Shown in pieces: positions 1 through 12,919 of a DNA stretch of 64,000 bases. Both the position numbers and the translations under genes were made by a program. Position 1 is the first letter of the stretch. Each line of letters begins with the position of its first letter. Below the pieces are notes generated by a model that was not told the origin of the DNA, made no database searches, and was given only the letters and a program-made list of their open reading frames with translations. The DNA lies in contig OX597824.1 in NCBI GenBank assembly GCA_951406725.2, positions 73,346,001 through 73,410,000 of the forward strand. Direction: 5' to 3'. The DNA comes from Octopus vulgaris (taxonomy: Eukaryota).

Positions 1-348
1 TGGTTCCTCTGCTTTGTGGCAGAAGTAGGAAGAAAGAGTGAGAGAAAGTTGTGGTGAAAGAATCAAGCCCCAAAGAATCCCTCTCCCCAGATGGCTATGA
101 TGCAACCCCCAGTACACCAGCTTGTGATTGGAGATGCACATATTGTCAGACACTAAGGGACATGCTCAAGTGGTTACGGTCAAGTGACTGGCATGCAGAT
201 CTGTGGTATTCAGTAGAATATTTGCTATAACAATATTTCTGCTTCAGCAACCTAGTGCTAAATCTGTCTGAAATGTAATGGAAAATACATCAGTTTCAAA
301 ATATTGATGTCCAGGTCACAAATGCAATGTTTGAAAGGAATGGTGGGC

Positions 349-781
349 ATTTCTTATACACTGCCTTTGTTGCTGTTAATTTTGAAAATAATGAAGAATT
401 CAGTAAAATAACTTCATCGTTATTGATAAGGTGTTTGGAACATAAATTTATGTAAAATTTTGATTGAACGTTTCACTTTAGATCACTTTAACTTTTTAGC
501 ATACAGATTACTCCTTCAAATGTAAAGCTTATTTATTCACATTGTCTGGAATTAATCATGTATTATCTCAAGATTAGCTTCAAAATTTTGACGATTTGAT
601 CACAGGCTTTTTGAATGAAATTGTAGGGTGGGTGTGAGAGACCAGATCTGGCTAGTTTGAACATGACCAGATAGAATATTTTAGCCAGACATAGCCAGTT
701 TAAATGCTAAAAGGTTTTTACAGAATTTTTGTATCACAGGATCAGGTGTGGTCTCAGACAGGTTAGTACCAAAAGGGTCAA
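349..781. mobile_element. Decayed TTAA-type (piggyBac-like) MITE 'B', interrupted by MITE 'A'
   Basis: Ends in ...ACCAAAAGGGTCAA, a decayed AAGGG-TTAA terminus. Its internal sequence recurs inverted at about 34330-34450. It is split at GATCACTTTAA by MITE A. Confidence 0.55.
488..718 (-). mobile_element. piggyBac-type MITE 'A' (about 225 bp)
   Basis: Reverse-complement homolog of 48206-48426. Begins TTAA-CTTTTTAGCATACAGATTA and ends TTTAAATGCTAAAAGG. Confidence 0.75.
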
Positions 782-1247
782 GCACTATTATATCAATCAT
801 ATTTGGAAACTCTAAGACTGTACGGTCTTCTTTTTAATTACATACATTTTAGTTTATATTACTGCAAACCTTTATAAAGTTAAAACTAAATAAATCAGCG
901 ACATTTTCCCATAAACCTTCTTTAATATTGATGTATAGTTGTCTTCAGAATAATATCAAAATTCTTTTCCATTTTGAACTTTGCAATCAATTTAATAAAA
1001 TATTCTTTTACTCTTTCATTGGTTAAATCCATTCAATACAGGATGTTTATATAGTTTTAAATTCATTATGAGTTGTAGCAAAATAGTGAATTAAAATCTG
1101 GGCAAAATTGAAGAGTTGTTAAGTACCATTAATGAAATGGTACTTGAAAGTAGAATAAAAGAGGGCTTTTGGATTGTTGACAAATTAAACCACCACGAAT
1201 ACTTCAATGACTGTAAAATTAAATGTTATTATTTTACATGCACATAA

Positions 1248-1640
1248 GGTGTAGGAGTGGTTGTGTGGTAAGTAGCTTGCTTATCAACCACATGGTTCCG
1301 GGTTCAGTCCCACTGCGTGACACCTTGGGCAAGTGTCTTCTACTATAGCTTCGGGCCGACCAAAGCCTTGTAAGTGGATTTGGTAGACGGAAACTGAAAG
1401 AAGCCCGTCATATGTTTGTGTGTGTGTGTGTGTATGTTTGTGTGTCTGTGTTAGTCTCCCAATATCGCTTGACAACCGATGCTGGTGTGTTTGCGTCCCT
1501 GTAACTTAGCGGTTCGGCAAAAAGAGACCGATAGAATAAGTACTTGGCTTGCAAAGAATAAGTCCTGGGGTAGATTTGCTCAACTAAAGGCGGTACTCCA
1601 GCATAGCCACAGTCAAATAACTGAAACAAGTAAAAGAGTA
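1248..1640 (+). mobile_element. tRNA-derived SINE family S1, full length
   Basis: A-box-like TGGTTGTGTGG and B-box GGTTCAGTCCC, internal (TG)n, tail GAAACAAGTAAAAGAG. More than 10 homologous copies or fragments lie in the window. Confidence 0.85.
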
Positions 1641-1719
1641 TATACAAACACACACACATGTGTGTGTATATATATATATATATATATTTATATATACATA
1701 CTATATATACAATTTCAAA

Positions 1720-2315
1720 CCAAGTGAAATCATAGTTGTGGCCAGTGTCATGTAACTGGCACCCATACCGGTGGCATGTAAAAACCACCTATCAAGTGTT
1801 GGACCTCACAGAGGCATTGTGGCCAACGCTGATGTTGTTTAAGTACCACTTTTGTTGGTGGCGTGTAAAAAGCACCTTTCAAACATTGGGCTTCATGGAG
1901 GCAATGTGTCTGATACCAGTGTCACGTAACTAACACGTGTTAGTTACGGTGTTGTGAAACTAGCACCTGTGTCAGTGACACGTAAGAAGCAGTTTCAAGT
2001 GTTGGATCTCGCAGGGACAGTAACAAATGACCAAGACCTTCTGCAACATGCTGTGCTTGAGAAGTAGACCCATCAAGCCAAGTGAAATTGTAGATGTGGA
2101 AGACACTGGTGCCGTGCAACTGGTGCCCATGCTGATGGCACATAAAAGCACCTGTTGCACTCTTGGAGTGGTTGGTGTTAGGAAGGGCATCCAGCCATAG
2201 AAACCATGCCAAATCAGACTGGAGTCTTGTGCAGCACCTAAGCTTGCCAGTCCTGGTCAAACTGTCCAACCCATGCCAGTATGGACAACAGACGTTAAAT
2301 GTTGATGATGATGAT
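1720..2315 (+). mobile_element. RTE-LINE 3' UTR / S2 repeat ending in (GAT)n
   Basis: Motifs GTTAGGAAGGGCATCCAG and GTCCAACCCATGC with a (GAT)n tail. The same tail is contiguous with an RTE ORF end at 27360-28130. Confidence 0.75.
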
Positions 2316-2322
2316 ATATATG

Positions 2323-2363
<41 letters not shown>

Positions 2364-2522
2364 CAATAAATGGTGGGGTTGTGTTGACCGCACGTGGAGA
2401 AATGATAGGCAAGGAAAAATTATAAAAAGGCAGAATGCTAAATTCATTAAAATTTACCTTCAATTTAGCATTCTGCCTTTTTATAATTTTTCCTTGCCTA
2501 TATCATCATCATCATCATCATC

Positions 2523-2808
2523 ATGTTTGTTCCTTCTCAAGCCACGCCTGGCTCAAAGGGCCGGTTTCCCGGATTCCTTGGCATATAGGTTCCCCACCTG
2601 GACAGGACACCAGTCCATCACAGGTGAGCTGCAAGATGCAGGAGGAAAGAATGAGAGAAAGCTGTAGCAAAAGAGTCAGCAGAAGTTTACCATTACCTTC
2701 TGCCAAAGCCGTGTGGAGCTTAGGTGTTACGTGCATAAATACACACATCGCCCAGACTGAGATTCGAAGCCACGATCCCCTGACCGCGAGTCCGCTACTC
2801 TAACCACT
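2523..2808 (-). mobile_element. tRNA-derived SINE family S3
   Basis: Reverse complement of 9688-9992. Confidence 0.8.
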
Positions 2809-2811
2809 ATA

Positions 2812-2869
<58 letters not shown>

Positions 2870-2974
2870 CATCCACATAGTCTTTTACTTGTTTCAATCA
2901 CATACACACACTCATATGTGTGTGTGTGTGTGTGTGTATACATATATATATATATATATTTACATATGTATACT

Positions 2975-3262
2975 CTTATTTGTTTCATTCATTTGACCGT
3001 GGCCATGCTGGAGTACTGCCTTAAAGGGTTTTTTTAGTTGAAGAAATTGACCTCAGGACTTATTCTTTGTAAGCCTAGTACTTATTCTGTCAGGCTCATT
3101 TACTAAACACACCAAAATCTGTTGTCAAGCGATGGTGGTGGGAGACAAACACAGACACAAAGACATAAATACATAAACTAAAATCTATTTGTAAATCTTC
3201 CATTGGCCTGAAGCTATAATAGGAGACACTTGCCCAAGGTGCCATGCAGTGGAACTGAACCA
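2975..3262 (-). mobile_element. SINE S1, partial
   Basis: Homology to 1248-1640. Confidence 0.7.
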
Positions 3263-3447
3263 GTGGTGAGTGTGTTAAAAGAGAATGACAACAGAATATA
3301 TATTTTGTTTTCCTTTTCCTTTAATATATACCTTCTGACTCAGAAGCCGTGTGGAGCTAGGTGTTACTGTGCATAACATACACACATCGCCCAGACTGAG
3401 ATTCGAAGCCACGATCCCCTGACCGCGAGTCCGCTATTCCACCAGTG

Positions 3448-3487
<40 letters not shown>

Positions 3488-4099
3488 GTATGTATGTATA
3501 TTTGTGTGTATATATATATGTATGTATATTTGTGTGTGTGTATATATATATATGTGTGTGTGTATATATATGTATGTATATTTGTGTATGTATATATATA
3601 TATATATATACATACATACACACACACACATATATATACATACATATATGTGTGTATATAGATGTGTGTGTATATATATGTATGTGTGTGTGTATATATA
3701 TATATATATATGTATAAATAAATATATAATAATAATAATAGTATTTTTATATAAGCTTAAAGCTTATGGCAATCACCATGCAGTGACTAAGGAAAATAGT
3801 CTAATAAAGGAGTATATAAGCCCTTGACAGAAAGAAAAAGGCTTTCCTATTTGCTGGTGTAAAAGTAACACACTTAGTCACGTTAACAAAGGAATGTGGG
3901 TTTGAGTCCCATGCGGATAGGAAAGCCTTCTTTTCTCTGTTGAGGGCTTATATGCCCCATTATTAGACTGTTTTCCTTAGGCATTGCACAGTGATCACCA
4001 TAAGCTTTAAGCTTATATAAAAATACCACTATTATATTATTTACAGGATTGTAAAATACAGCGCTATATAACAAAACCATTCGCACCGAAAGCAAATAA

Positions 4100-4147
<48 letters not shown>

Positions 4148-4149
<2 letters not shown>

Positions 4150-4516
4150 CGCAGGAGTGGCTGTGTGGTAAGTAGCTTGCTAACCAACCACACGGTTGCG
4201 GGTTCAGTCCCACTGCGTGGCATCTTGGGCAAGTGTCTTCTGCTATAGCCCCGGGCCGACCAATGCCTTGTGAGTGGATTTGGTAGACGGAAACTGAAAG
4301 AAGCCTGTCGTATATATGTATATATATGTATATGTGTGTGTGTTTGTGTGTCTGTGTTTGTCCCCCTAGCATTGCTTGACAACCGATGCTGGTGTGTTTA
4401 CGTCCCCGTCACTTAGCGGTTCGGCAAAAAGAGACCGATAGAATAAGTACTAAAAAGGTGGTGCTCCAACATGGCCGCAGTCAAATGACTGAAACAAGTA
4501 AAGGAGTAAAGGAGTA
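4148..4516 (+). mobile_element. SINE S1 (CpG-rich, young)
   Basis: GGCGCAGGAGTGGCTGTGTGG head and GGTTCAGTCCC B box; starts directly after (TA)n. Confidence 0.85.
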
Positions 4517-4529
4517 TATATATAATCAA

Positions 4530-4892
4530 CAAGTGGCTTTGTGGTGAGTAGCTTTCTTACCAACCACATGGTTCTGGGTTCAGTCCCACTGTATGGCACC
4601 TTGGACAAGTGTCTTCTACTATAGAGTCGAGCCAACCAAACTCATAAAGTGGATTTGGTAGACAGAAACTGAAATAAGCCTGTCGTATATATATGTGTGT
4701 GTGTCTGTGTTTGTCACCCCACCATCACTTGACAACTGATGTCGGTGTGTTTACGTCCCTGTAACTTAGCGGTTCAGCAAAAGAGACCGATAGAATAAGT
4801 ACGTAACTTACAAAGAATAAGTCCTGGGGTTGATTTGTTCGACTAAAGATGGTGCTCCAGCATGGCCACTGAAACAAGTAAAAAAGTAAAAA
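4530..4892 (+). mobile_element. SINE S1, tandem neighbour
   Basis: Second copy immediately downstream of 4148-4516. Confidence 0.8.
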
Positions 4893-6791
4893 AAAAAAAG
4901 ATTAAAAGACATACAAAATGCTCACATGGATACAGCATGGATGTGCGGATATAGTGTTTGCATTGGTTACCACATGGTCCTGAGTTCTATCTCACTGCAT
5001 GACATTTGCAAACAGAACAGAATACTTAGAAACTCTATGGAAACCTGGTGTATGTGTGTGAGTCTTTGCAACTGTCCGGATATGAAAAGAATCGAGAAGA
5101 ACAAAAATGGTGATGTTTGTTGACATTTCCTGCTGACAAATCATTCTCCTGTAACTCTGCTCTTTCAAAGATGAATAGAATTTTAAAAAAAACAACAATT
5201 GCTTCAAAAGCAATTAAAGCTTAGTGATAAGGAAATAATCTCCTCTTCTTCCTCCTCTTCCTCATCATCTTCTTTTTCTTCCTCCTTCTCCTCTTCTTCT
5301 TTCATTCCTCCTCCTCCTCCTCATCATTATTTTAACATCCACTTTTCTATACTTGCACAAATCAGACAGGATTTATTGACATAAATTTTCCACAGCTGGA
5401 TGCTCTTCCTATTGCCAACCCTTATTTGTTTACAAGTGAAGTAACATTTCTCTTTCGGCAGACATGTTTTTACTGAATATTGGAAATGAAAGACACCATT
5501 TGTATGATGGTGATGCTCGTTTTTACAAGTGCCAGATGATATCAAAACAAGGAGACACTAACATGCAGGCAAACACACACACACACAAACGTATGATGGG
5601 CTGCTTTCAGCTGTTTCTCTCCAAATCTACTCACTAGGCTTTGATCAGCATGGGGCTATTGTGGAAGACACTAGCCCAAGGTGCCATGCTGTGGGAATGA
5701 ACTAAAAACTATTTGGTTGGGAAGCAAACATCTCGATCACACATCCACATCTATAAATAACAATGCCTCAAGATGTATTCATCTAGCCCATGCTAGCATG
5801 GAAAAACAGATGCTAAATGAACAGGTATATATGTGTGTGCATGCTGAGTTATCAATTGTCTTATGTGGATGTGTAGGCTAACCTAAGCCAGTATACAATC
5901 TTATTCAGAGGACGATTCATTTATTTATCATGAGACTAAGGCTAAGTCATGGTCCTTAAAATCCCCATCCCTGCTCAGGTTTGCTCAAAGATGCATTCAT
6001 ATTTAATGTTACATTCTATCAATTTGGTCTAAAGTTTAAAATCATTGGGTAACTTACTCTTAAATCATCATCATCATTTAACATCCATTTTCCATGCTGG
6101 CATGGGTTGAACAGTTTGACAGGAGCTGCACCAAGCTCCAGCTGTCTGTTTTGGCATGGTTTCTTTGGCAGGATGCTCTCCCTAATGCCTACCACTTTAC
6201 AGAGTGTTCTGGGTGACTTTTTACATGACACCAACCCGGGTACTTCTCACATGACACTAGGTCATTTTATGTGGCACCAGCATGGGTGCTTTTTACATGG
6301 CACTAGCATGGGGTGCATTTTTATGTGCCACCAACACAAGATGCTGGAGCAAAAACAATATACCTTATATTGTCTCAGCTGTCCTGGCTGATGGGTGGAT
6401 GGTTTGGTGTCTGGGCATCAGATTAAAAACAGAATATTATTGTGATTTAAACCAGTTTCTTATTTGGAACTTAGGTTGGGGTAAATTTACTTATCACTTA
6501 TGGAACCAGAGCTTAGCAACATAGCCTTTAAAATTAAGACAATGAAAGAAATAGATGAAAGAGAAAAAGAAAGAGGTGTGAGAAAGATTTATTACTTTAT
6601 TGAAGTGTTGCTTTTATTCTAAACCAGCACTTCTCCAATAGACAAATATCAGGTCCCACCTCCCACAAAATATAAAAGAAATTTTTCCCCATCATTTTTT
6701 TTATAAATGTGAAGTCAACAATAGAATTTGCATTTTTTTAAAATTATGGTATTGAACGAATTTAAAAGTTGGCAACCATCTTAATTTTTAT

Positions 6792-7036
6792 TAATCCTTC
6801 AGCATTTAAACTATCCATATCTGGCCCTTATATTCTGTCTGTTTAACCCTTTAGCTTTTAAACCTGCCATATCAAGCCAAGATATTCTATTTGTTTTATG
6901 TTCAAACCAGCTGGATCTGGCCTCTCACACCCATCCTACAATGTCATTCTAAATGTAAACATCCACATCATCAAAATTTCAAAGCCACGACATAATGCAC
7001 TATTAATTCAAAACAATGTGAATAAATAAGCATTAC
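6792..7036 (+). mobile_element. MITE A, with duplicated left end and truncated right end
   Basis: TTAATCCTTCAGCATTTAAAC at about 6792 and TTAACCCTTTAGC at about 6843; body matches 48206-48426. Confidence 0.7.
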
Positions 7037-7179
7037 AACAACGACTACTATTACTGTTGCTTTTATCATGTATCAAGAATGGAAGCTCAACATGGGTTAC
7101 TCAGTGCTAGGAATAACAGTCAAACCTCCCTCAAAATACATCATGTTATCTGTATTTTAAAAACAGTGAGAACAGTCAA

Positions 7180-7567
7180 AATCAAAATCAAACCAAATCA
7201 ATTCATATATCAGAAAGCAGAACCAAATTGAGGTCGATCAACATCAGTGGGAATTGCAGCTGTGGTTAAGCGAACTATCCGATCGTGGTCGTTGCCGGCG
7301 CTGCCCCATCTAGCCTCTGTGTCGGTGGCACGTAAAAGCACCATCCGTTTCTGGCCGTTTGCCAGCTCTGTCTGGCACCTGTGCGGGTGGCACGTAAAAA
7401 GCACCCACTACACTCACGGAGTGGTTGGCGTTAGGAAGGGCATCCAGCCGTAGAAACACTGCCAGATCTGACGGCCTGATGAAGCCTTCCAGCTTCACAG
7501 ACCCCAGTTGAACCATCCAACCCATGCTAGCATGGAGAATGGACGTTAAACGATGATGATGATGATG
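7180..7567 (+). mobile_element. S2 / RTE-tail repeat
   Basis: AAAAGCACCCACTACACTC...GGACGTTAAAC(GAT)n, near-identical to 50160-50350, 56627-56806 and 61540-61716. Confidence 0.8.
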
Positions 7568-8097
7568 GCTTTATTGAATGTTGTTAGTTTAGATACTCTC
7601 TGTCTTGAAGTAAATGAATGCATGTTTGTCATGACTGGAATGTCTTTGTTCATTAGTCTGCTGGATTGAGCCTGAATGACCTTCAATTAGATAACAATAA
7701 TCCATGACAATAACAACCGCTTCACTAACAGAAAAAGCCGTATTTTTTTTCCGTCTCCCATTTCCATTATATTACCAAACTCTGTGTCTGCCCTCGAATG
7801 TGATATATCAACCAAAATTCTAGCACTTTACTCTTCTTTATGTAGCATTTTTTAAAGGTCACTTTCCCTAGCCAGAACAAGCACCAAAATTTTAAAAACA
7901 ATACAGTCCCCCCATCACATGCACTTCCTCCTGGGTGAACGATGGGATTTCTCTCTTTTCCATAACTTTCATTCTTTCCCTTAATTCTCCTTTTTCTTTT
8001 TTTTCCTTTCTTTCTTTTCTTCTGTCCTTTCCTCTTGGATGGTTCAACTTTGACCTCGTTTTCCACCTGTCCGCTCTTATTTATATGGCACAAGGAG

Positions 8098-8395
8098 TGA
8101 AGGCTCATGGCTTAGTGGTTAGGGTATTCAGCTCACAATCATAGAGTTGTGAGTTCAATTCCTGGTGGTGCATTGTATCCCTCCAGTCCACGCAGCTGGC
8201 AAAAACGAGTAGTACCTGTATTTCGGGGGGCCAGCCATATCACATTCTGTGTCATGCTGAATCTTCCTGAGAACTATGCTAAGGGTATGCGTGTCTGTGA
8301 AGTACTCAGCCACTTGCATGTTCATTTCTGAAGCAGACTATTCCATCGATCAGATCAACTGGACCTCTTGTCATCGTAACCAATGGAGTACCAGT
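8098..8395 (+). mobile_element. tRNA-derived SINE (S5-type head)
   Basis: TGGCTTAGTGG A box and GAGTTCAATTCC B box; head shared with 23010-23352 and 51440-51770. Confidence 0.65.
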
Positions 8396-8566
8396 TTAAT
8401 ATGGCACAAGGAAGGAGACTGCACCAAAGCTCAACAAACTTCTTATGACATTAACCCGCTTCATGGAACCATTGGTAACTTATCAACTCCCCCACCACAT
8501 CATGTAAATTTCTAAAATAAAAATTAAAACATAGAATTAATAAAAAAAAAAAATCTTAATTTTAAA

Positions 8567-8830
8567 AACAAGAGCACTCAGAGAGCGCAAACCTCCGCTA
8601 AGGCAACACCAACGTCCTCTCAACCAGAGATGATTTTTAAAATGAGAGTATCTCTCAAAAATTACGTAAAAAAAAATAGGAAAAATAATCCAGAATCTTT
8701 GTCCAATACCAGATCAATCCCCAAATCTAATCAGTTCATGACAGTTATGAGGCCAAACATCCCTGAAAGTATCATCCGAATCCATCCTCTGGTTCTTGAG
8801 ATATCTTGTCCACGGACAAACAGAGAAACA
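8567..8830 (+). mobile_element. Helentron-associated (HINE/DINE-1-like) non-autonomous element, partial
   Basis: AACAAGAGCACTCAGAGAGCGCAAACCTCCGC start and a CGGACAAACAG-type repeat near the end. Recognised by pattern only. Confidence 0.45.
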
Positions 8831-8901
8831 CCAGTTGTGAAGCACTGGTGGAGGACAAGCACAGACACAAAGACATACATAGATATGTGTGTGTGTGTGT
8901 G

Positions 8902-8952
<51 letters not shown>

Positions 8953-9018
8953 TCCACAGTGGTGCTCCAGCATGACTACAACCACATGGCTGAAATGAGT
9001 TAGAGAATAAAAGAATTA

Positions 9019-9063
<45 letters not shown>

Positions 9064-9687
9064 GTGACAGTCTTCTTTCACTTTCTATCTACCAAATCCA
9101 CTTACAAGGCTTTGATCAGCCCAAGGTGCCATGCAGTGAGGTTGAACTCAGAACCATGTAATTGGGAAGCAAGCTTCTTACCACACAACCACACCTGCAC
9201 CTTTCTTACTACTTAGCCTGATAGTAAGACAGAACAATCATGACTGGAGTTATGATTCAATTATGATAAAGCAACAACATTGTTGCATGGCTGGCACATT
9301 GGCTGGTTTATCCATTGGTTTGTTTATTCACTCATTGGCTCAGTATATAAACCCTATGAAGTTGTTATGTAACTCTAAATTATTCCTGATCAAAGGCAAT
9401 CTCACCATGACCATCTTTATTTTTTCTCAGATACTGTGAGTTTGAGAGCTTATTATCCAATGTGTCCTGTTTTTTAACAGAGTAGGGTATGATTTAAAGG
9501 AGATTTGTCTACTATTTCTAGCTCCCTCACTAATTAAGTCATAATTTATTTGTTATTATTGTTGTTTAGCTCCAGGTCAACCCTGATTGAACAGACTTAT
9601 AAGCAAATGCATTCCAGTCGAGACCATCCCATCTTTGTCCTACATACAGGGGAAACTGGGACGACATTATCTAAAAGTGCATTTTGT

Positions 9688-9992
9688 GGAGGCACATGGC
9701 CTAGTGGTTAGAGCAATGGACTCGCGGTCGAGGGATCGTGGGTTCGAATCTCAGATCAGATGATGTATGTGTTTATGAGCGAAACACCTAAGCTCCATGT
9801 GGCTCCAGCAGAAGGTAATGGCGAAACTTCTGCTGCCTCTTCCACCACAACTTTCTCTCACTCTTTCCTCTTGCATCTTGCAGCTCACCTGCGATGGACT
9901 GGTGTCCTGTCCAGGTGGGGAACCTATATGCCAAGAAACCGGGAAACCGGCCCTTATGAGCCAGGCAAGGCTCGAGAAGGAACAAACAAAAG
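9688..9992 (+). mobile_element. SINE S3, full length
   Basis: TGGCCTAGTGG A box, GGTTCGAATCT B box and GGAACAAAC tail. Confidence 0.85.
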
Positions 9993-10217
9993 TGCCTTTT
10001 CCTAAGATGGTGATGAGTTATTTGAGGGAGATTTGGCTGCTGTTTCTCCCTGATCAAGTGATCATATAGAAGCTCCTTCATTGGATTAAGGTCTAAACTA
10101 GTGGTTGTGGGTTAAATTCTTTTTTAACTGAAAATTTGTCGTTTTCTATGTGTATAAATATATACTTGTGTGTGTGTGTCCTGTAAGATCTGTACATCAT
10201 CATTATTTGTTTTAATG

Positions 10218-10417
10218 ACTCTTTTACTTGTTTCAATCATTTGACTGTGGCCATGCTGGAGCACCGCCTTTAGTCGAGCAAATTGCCCCCAGGATTTATT
10301 CTTTGTAAGCCTAGTACTTATTCTATTGGTCTCTTTTGCCAAACCGCTAAGTTACAGGGACATAAACACACCAAGTGATCTTGGGGGGGACAGACACAGA
10401 CACACAAACATATACAC

Positions 10418-10450
<33 letters not shown>

Positions 10451-10622
10451 CATATATTCGACGGGCTTCTTTTAGTTTCCGTCTACCCAATCCACTCAGT
10501 AGGCTTTGGTCAGCCCAAGGCTACAATAGAAGACACTTGCCCAAGGTGCCATGCAGTGGGACTGAACCCGGAACCATGTGGTTCATAAGCAAGCTACTTA
10601 CCACACAGCCACTCCTATGCCT
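10218..10622 (-). mobile_element. SINE S1
   Basis: Full reverse-complement copy. Confidence 0.85.
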
Positions 10623-10739
10623 AATGTTTTTTATATTTCCTATTTTATCATGGGTTTCTATTCTATGACAGGTTTCCAAACAGTTTCTCTCTATCAATTT
10701 CACTCTCTAGATATTAGTCAACTTGAGGTTACAGTTGAA

Positions 10740-11285
10740 TAGTGTTTCTCAACCAGGGTCTGTATCAGTGTTTCTCAACCGGGGTTCTGCAAAAGGATCC
10801 TAAGGGTTCCACAAGAAAGAGTGAGTTAAGCTAATGCTAATTTTATATATATATATATATATAAAATTATAAATATATATATATATATATATATAACATT
10901 CAAATCAACATCTCTGTCTATATATCTACCCTCTTTATAATGTTATCAATTAACATGAAAATAAGTATATGTATTGATGGAAAACCTTTATAAATTGGCT
11001 GAAGATTGCTCAACATTTTAAAACTGTTGTAATGCTTACAATGTTTAATAAAATGATGTAGCATGAAACAATCATACCAAATTACCGAAGATATTCTCGT
11101 TGCTTATTTTTATTATATATATATATATATAAATGGAGTTAAACGCAGGTGTTATTCAAATTCTTTTACTTCCAACACATTTCGAAGATATCATTGGTAT
11201 TATTCTAAAGGAATAAAATTGGTAACTGTTTGTCTACTTTTTCCTTGTCAATTGTAAACAAAGGGAAAAATACACACATCTATTT

Positions 11286-11341
<56 letters not shown>

Positions 11342-11781
11342 CGTCTCAAGAACCCCCTGCACAAAATATATTATTTACCATAATCTTCCTCATATGTCTT
11401 TTCACCATAGTTCACATGGTAAATATCATATATATATATGATATTTACCATGTGAACTACGGTGAAATGATATGAGGAAGATTATGGTTAAATAATATTT
11501 TTTGTGCAAGGGATCCTTGAGATGTAATTTATTTTAAGGATTACACAAGTGTAAAAAGGTTCAGAAACACTGGTCTACATGGTCCTTGAGGATCCATATA
11601 AGATTTTAGTGTTAAAATTTATGTGCAATAAATTGGTTACACTTCTACAAAACATGAAATATTTATTTTTTTATACATTTCCTAATAGCATATATGATAT
11701 GATTTTTAAAACATTAAATGGCTAGGAGAGTTTGTTCGAATAAAATAGGAATCAAAGTTGTCCATAGGTCGAGAAACCCTG
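10740..11781. mobile_element. hAT-type MITE (outer)
   Basis: TIRs TAGTGTTTCTCAACC and GGTCGAGAAACCCTG; 8-bp TSD CAGTTGAA/CAGTAGAA (7/8). Confidence 0.75.
10766..11572. mobile_element. hAT-type MITE (inner, nested)
   Basis: TIRs CAGTGTTTCTCAACC and GGTTCAGAAACACTG; 8-bp TSD GTCTGTAT/GTCTACAT (6/8). Confidence 0.75.
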
Positions 11782-12500
11782 CAGTAGAATATTCTTACCC
11801 ACTATGTGATAGAATTCAAGATCACATAATTCCTAAGTAAACCCCATATCCCTACAGCCATACCTGCACTCTCTATTTAATAAAATTGGTGTTTCATTAG
11901 TATCTCCTTAGATCCCAGGGACTTTTAAGGGCTGATTCTTAGTTCTAGTTTTTTGGTGTGAAGCGTACAAGAGCTAAATCTTCCATTAGATAGCTTGCTG
12001 ATCCACTAATTAAAATCTCTAGAACAACTGGTACTTATTCCTCAACAACTTGGTTGAACTGGGACATGTAGAATTAACTAAATATACACCTCAAAGAAAT
12101 GCCAGCACTGGGTTTGAACTGAAGGCATTTAAACTAGTAGTCTGATACTTTATCCACTTGGCCATTGCATCTCTACAAGAGCAACGAGTCAACTACCAGA
12201 TTGACTTGCCATAGAAAAACTACTTGAAACTCTAGTTTCTTATCTGAAATGGTGTCTGGAAATTCTAATGACTCATGGGGTGCTGTTTGCTCTCTCTTTC
12301 TCTCTCTCTCTTTTTGAGTAAAATGTCACATTTTCTCCCCACTCCATCCCATCTCTCTTTCTCTCTTTTGTCACCAAATTTTAACTTGTTATTGAGCTGG
12401 TTAAAATGTCAACTTGAAAACTTTGTCAGCACCATGACATTAAATACTTCGTTGCTGTGAGCAGTTGTTTATCATCATCATCATCATCATCATCATCAAC

Positions 12501-12547
<47 letters not shown>

Positions 12548-12549
12548 TG

Positions 12550-12890
12550 TGCTAACCTGGCAGAATTGTTACCATTGTAGACAAAATGCTTCACATTGAG
12601 TTCAAATTCCACTTTGCCTTTCATCCTTTCAGGATTTATGAAATAAGCACCACTTGAACACTGGGATTGATGTAATCGACTATCCCCCTCCCCCAAATTT
12701 CAGGATTATTATTATTATTATTATTATTATTAAGGTAGCGAGCTGGCAGAATCGTTAGCATGCTGGACAAAATGCTTAGTGGCATTTCGCCCATTGCTAT
12801 ATTTTGAGTTCAAATTCTGCCGAGATTGACTTTGTCTTTCATCTTTTTGGGATGAAAGGCAAAACTATTGTCCTTGTGGCAAAATTTGAA
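12550..12890 (+). mobile_element. Two decayed S4 SINE copies (Meta-domain-like core)
   Basis: CTGGCAGAATYGTTA head, GAGTTCAAATTC B box and GACTTTGCCTTTCATCCTTT core, set among (TTA)n. Confidence 0.7.
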
Positions 12891-12919
12891 AACATTATTA
12901 TTGTTATTATTATTATTAT

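Noticed and set aside
3364-3827. Many IYIY/CVCV/THTH/ERER ORFs (also at 30459-31860 and 52864-56956)
   Set aside because: Translations of (TA)n, (TG)n, (TATG)n and (GA)n microsatellites.
7767-8108. Lys/Arg-rich 113-aa ORF
   Set aside because: Produced by a T/C-rich tract; starts inside a SINE head; no recognisable domain.
9688-9760. tRNA genes at SINE heads
   Set aside because: A and B boxes are present, but acceptor and anticodon stems do not close and each head continues into a SINE body.
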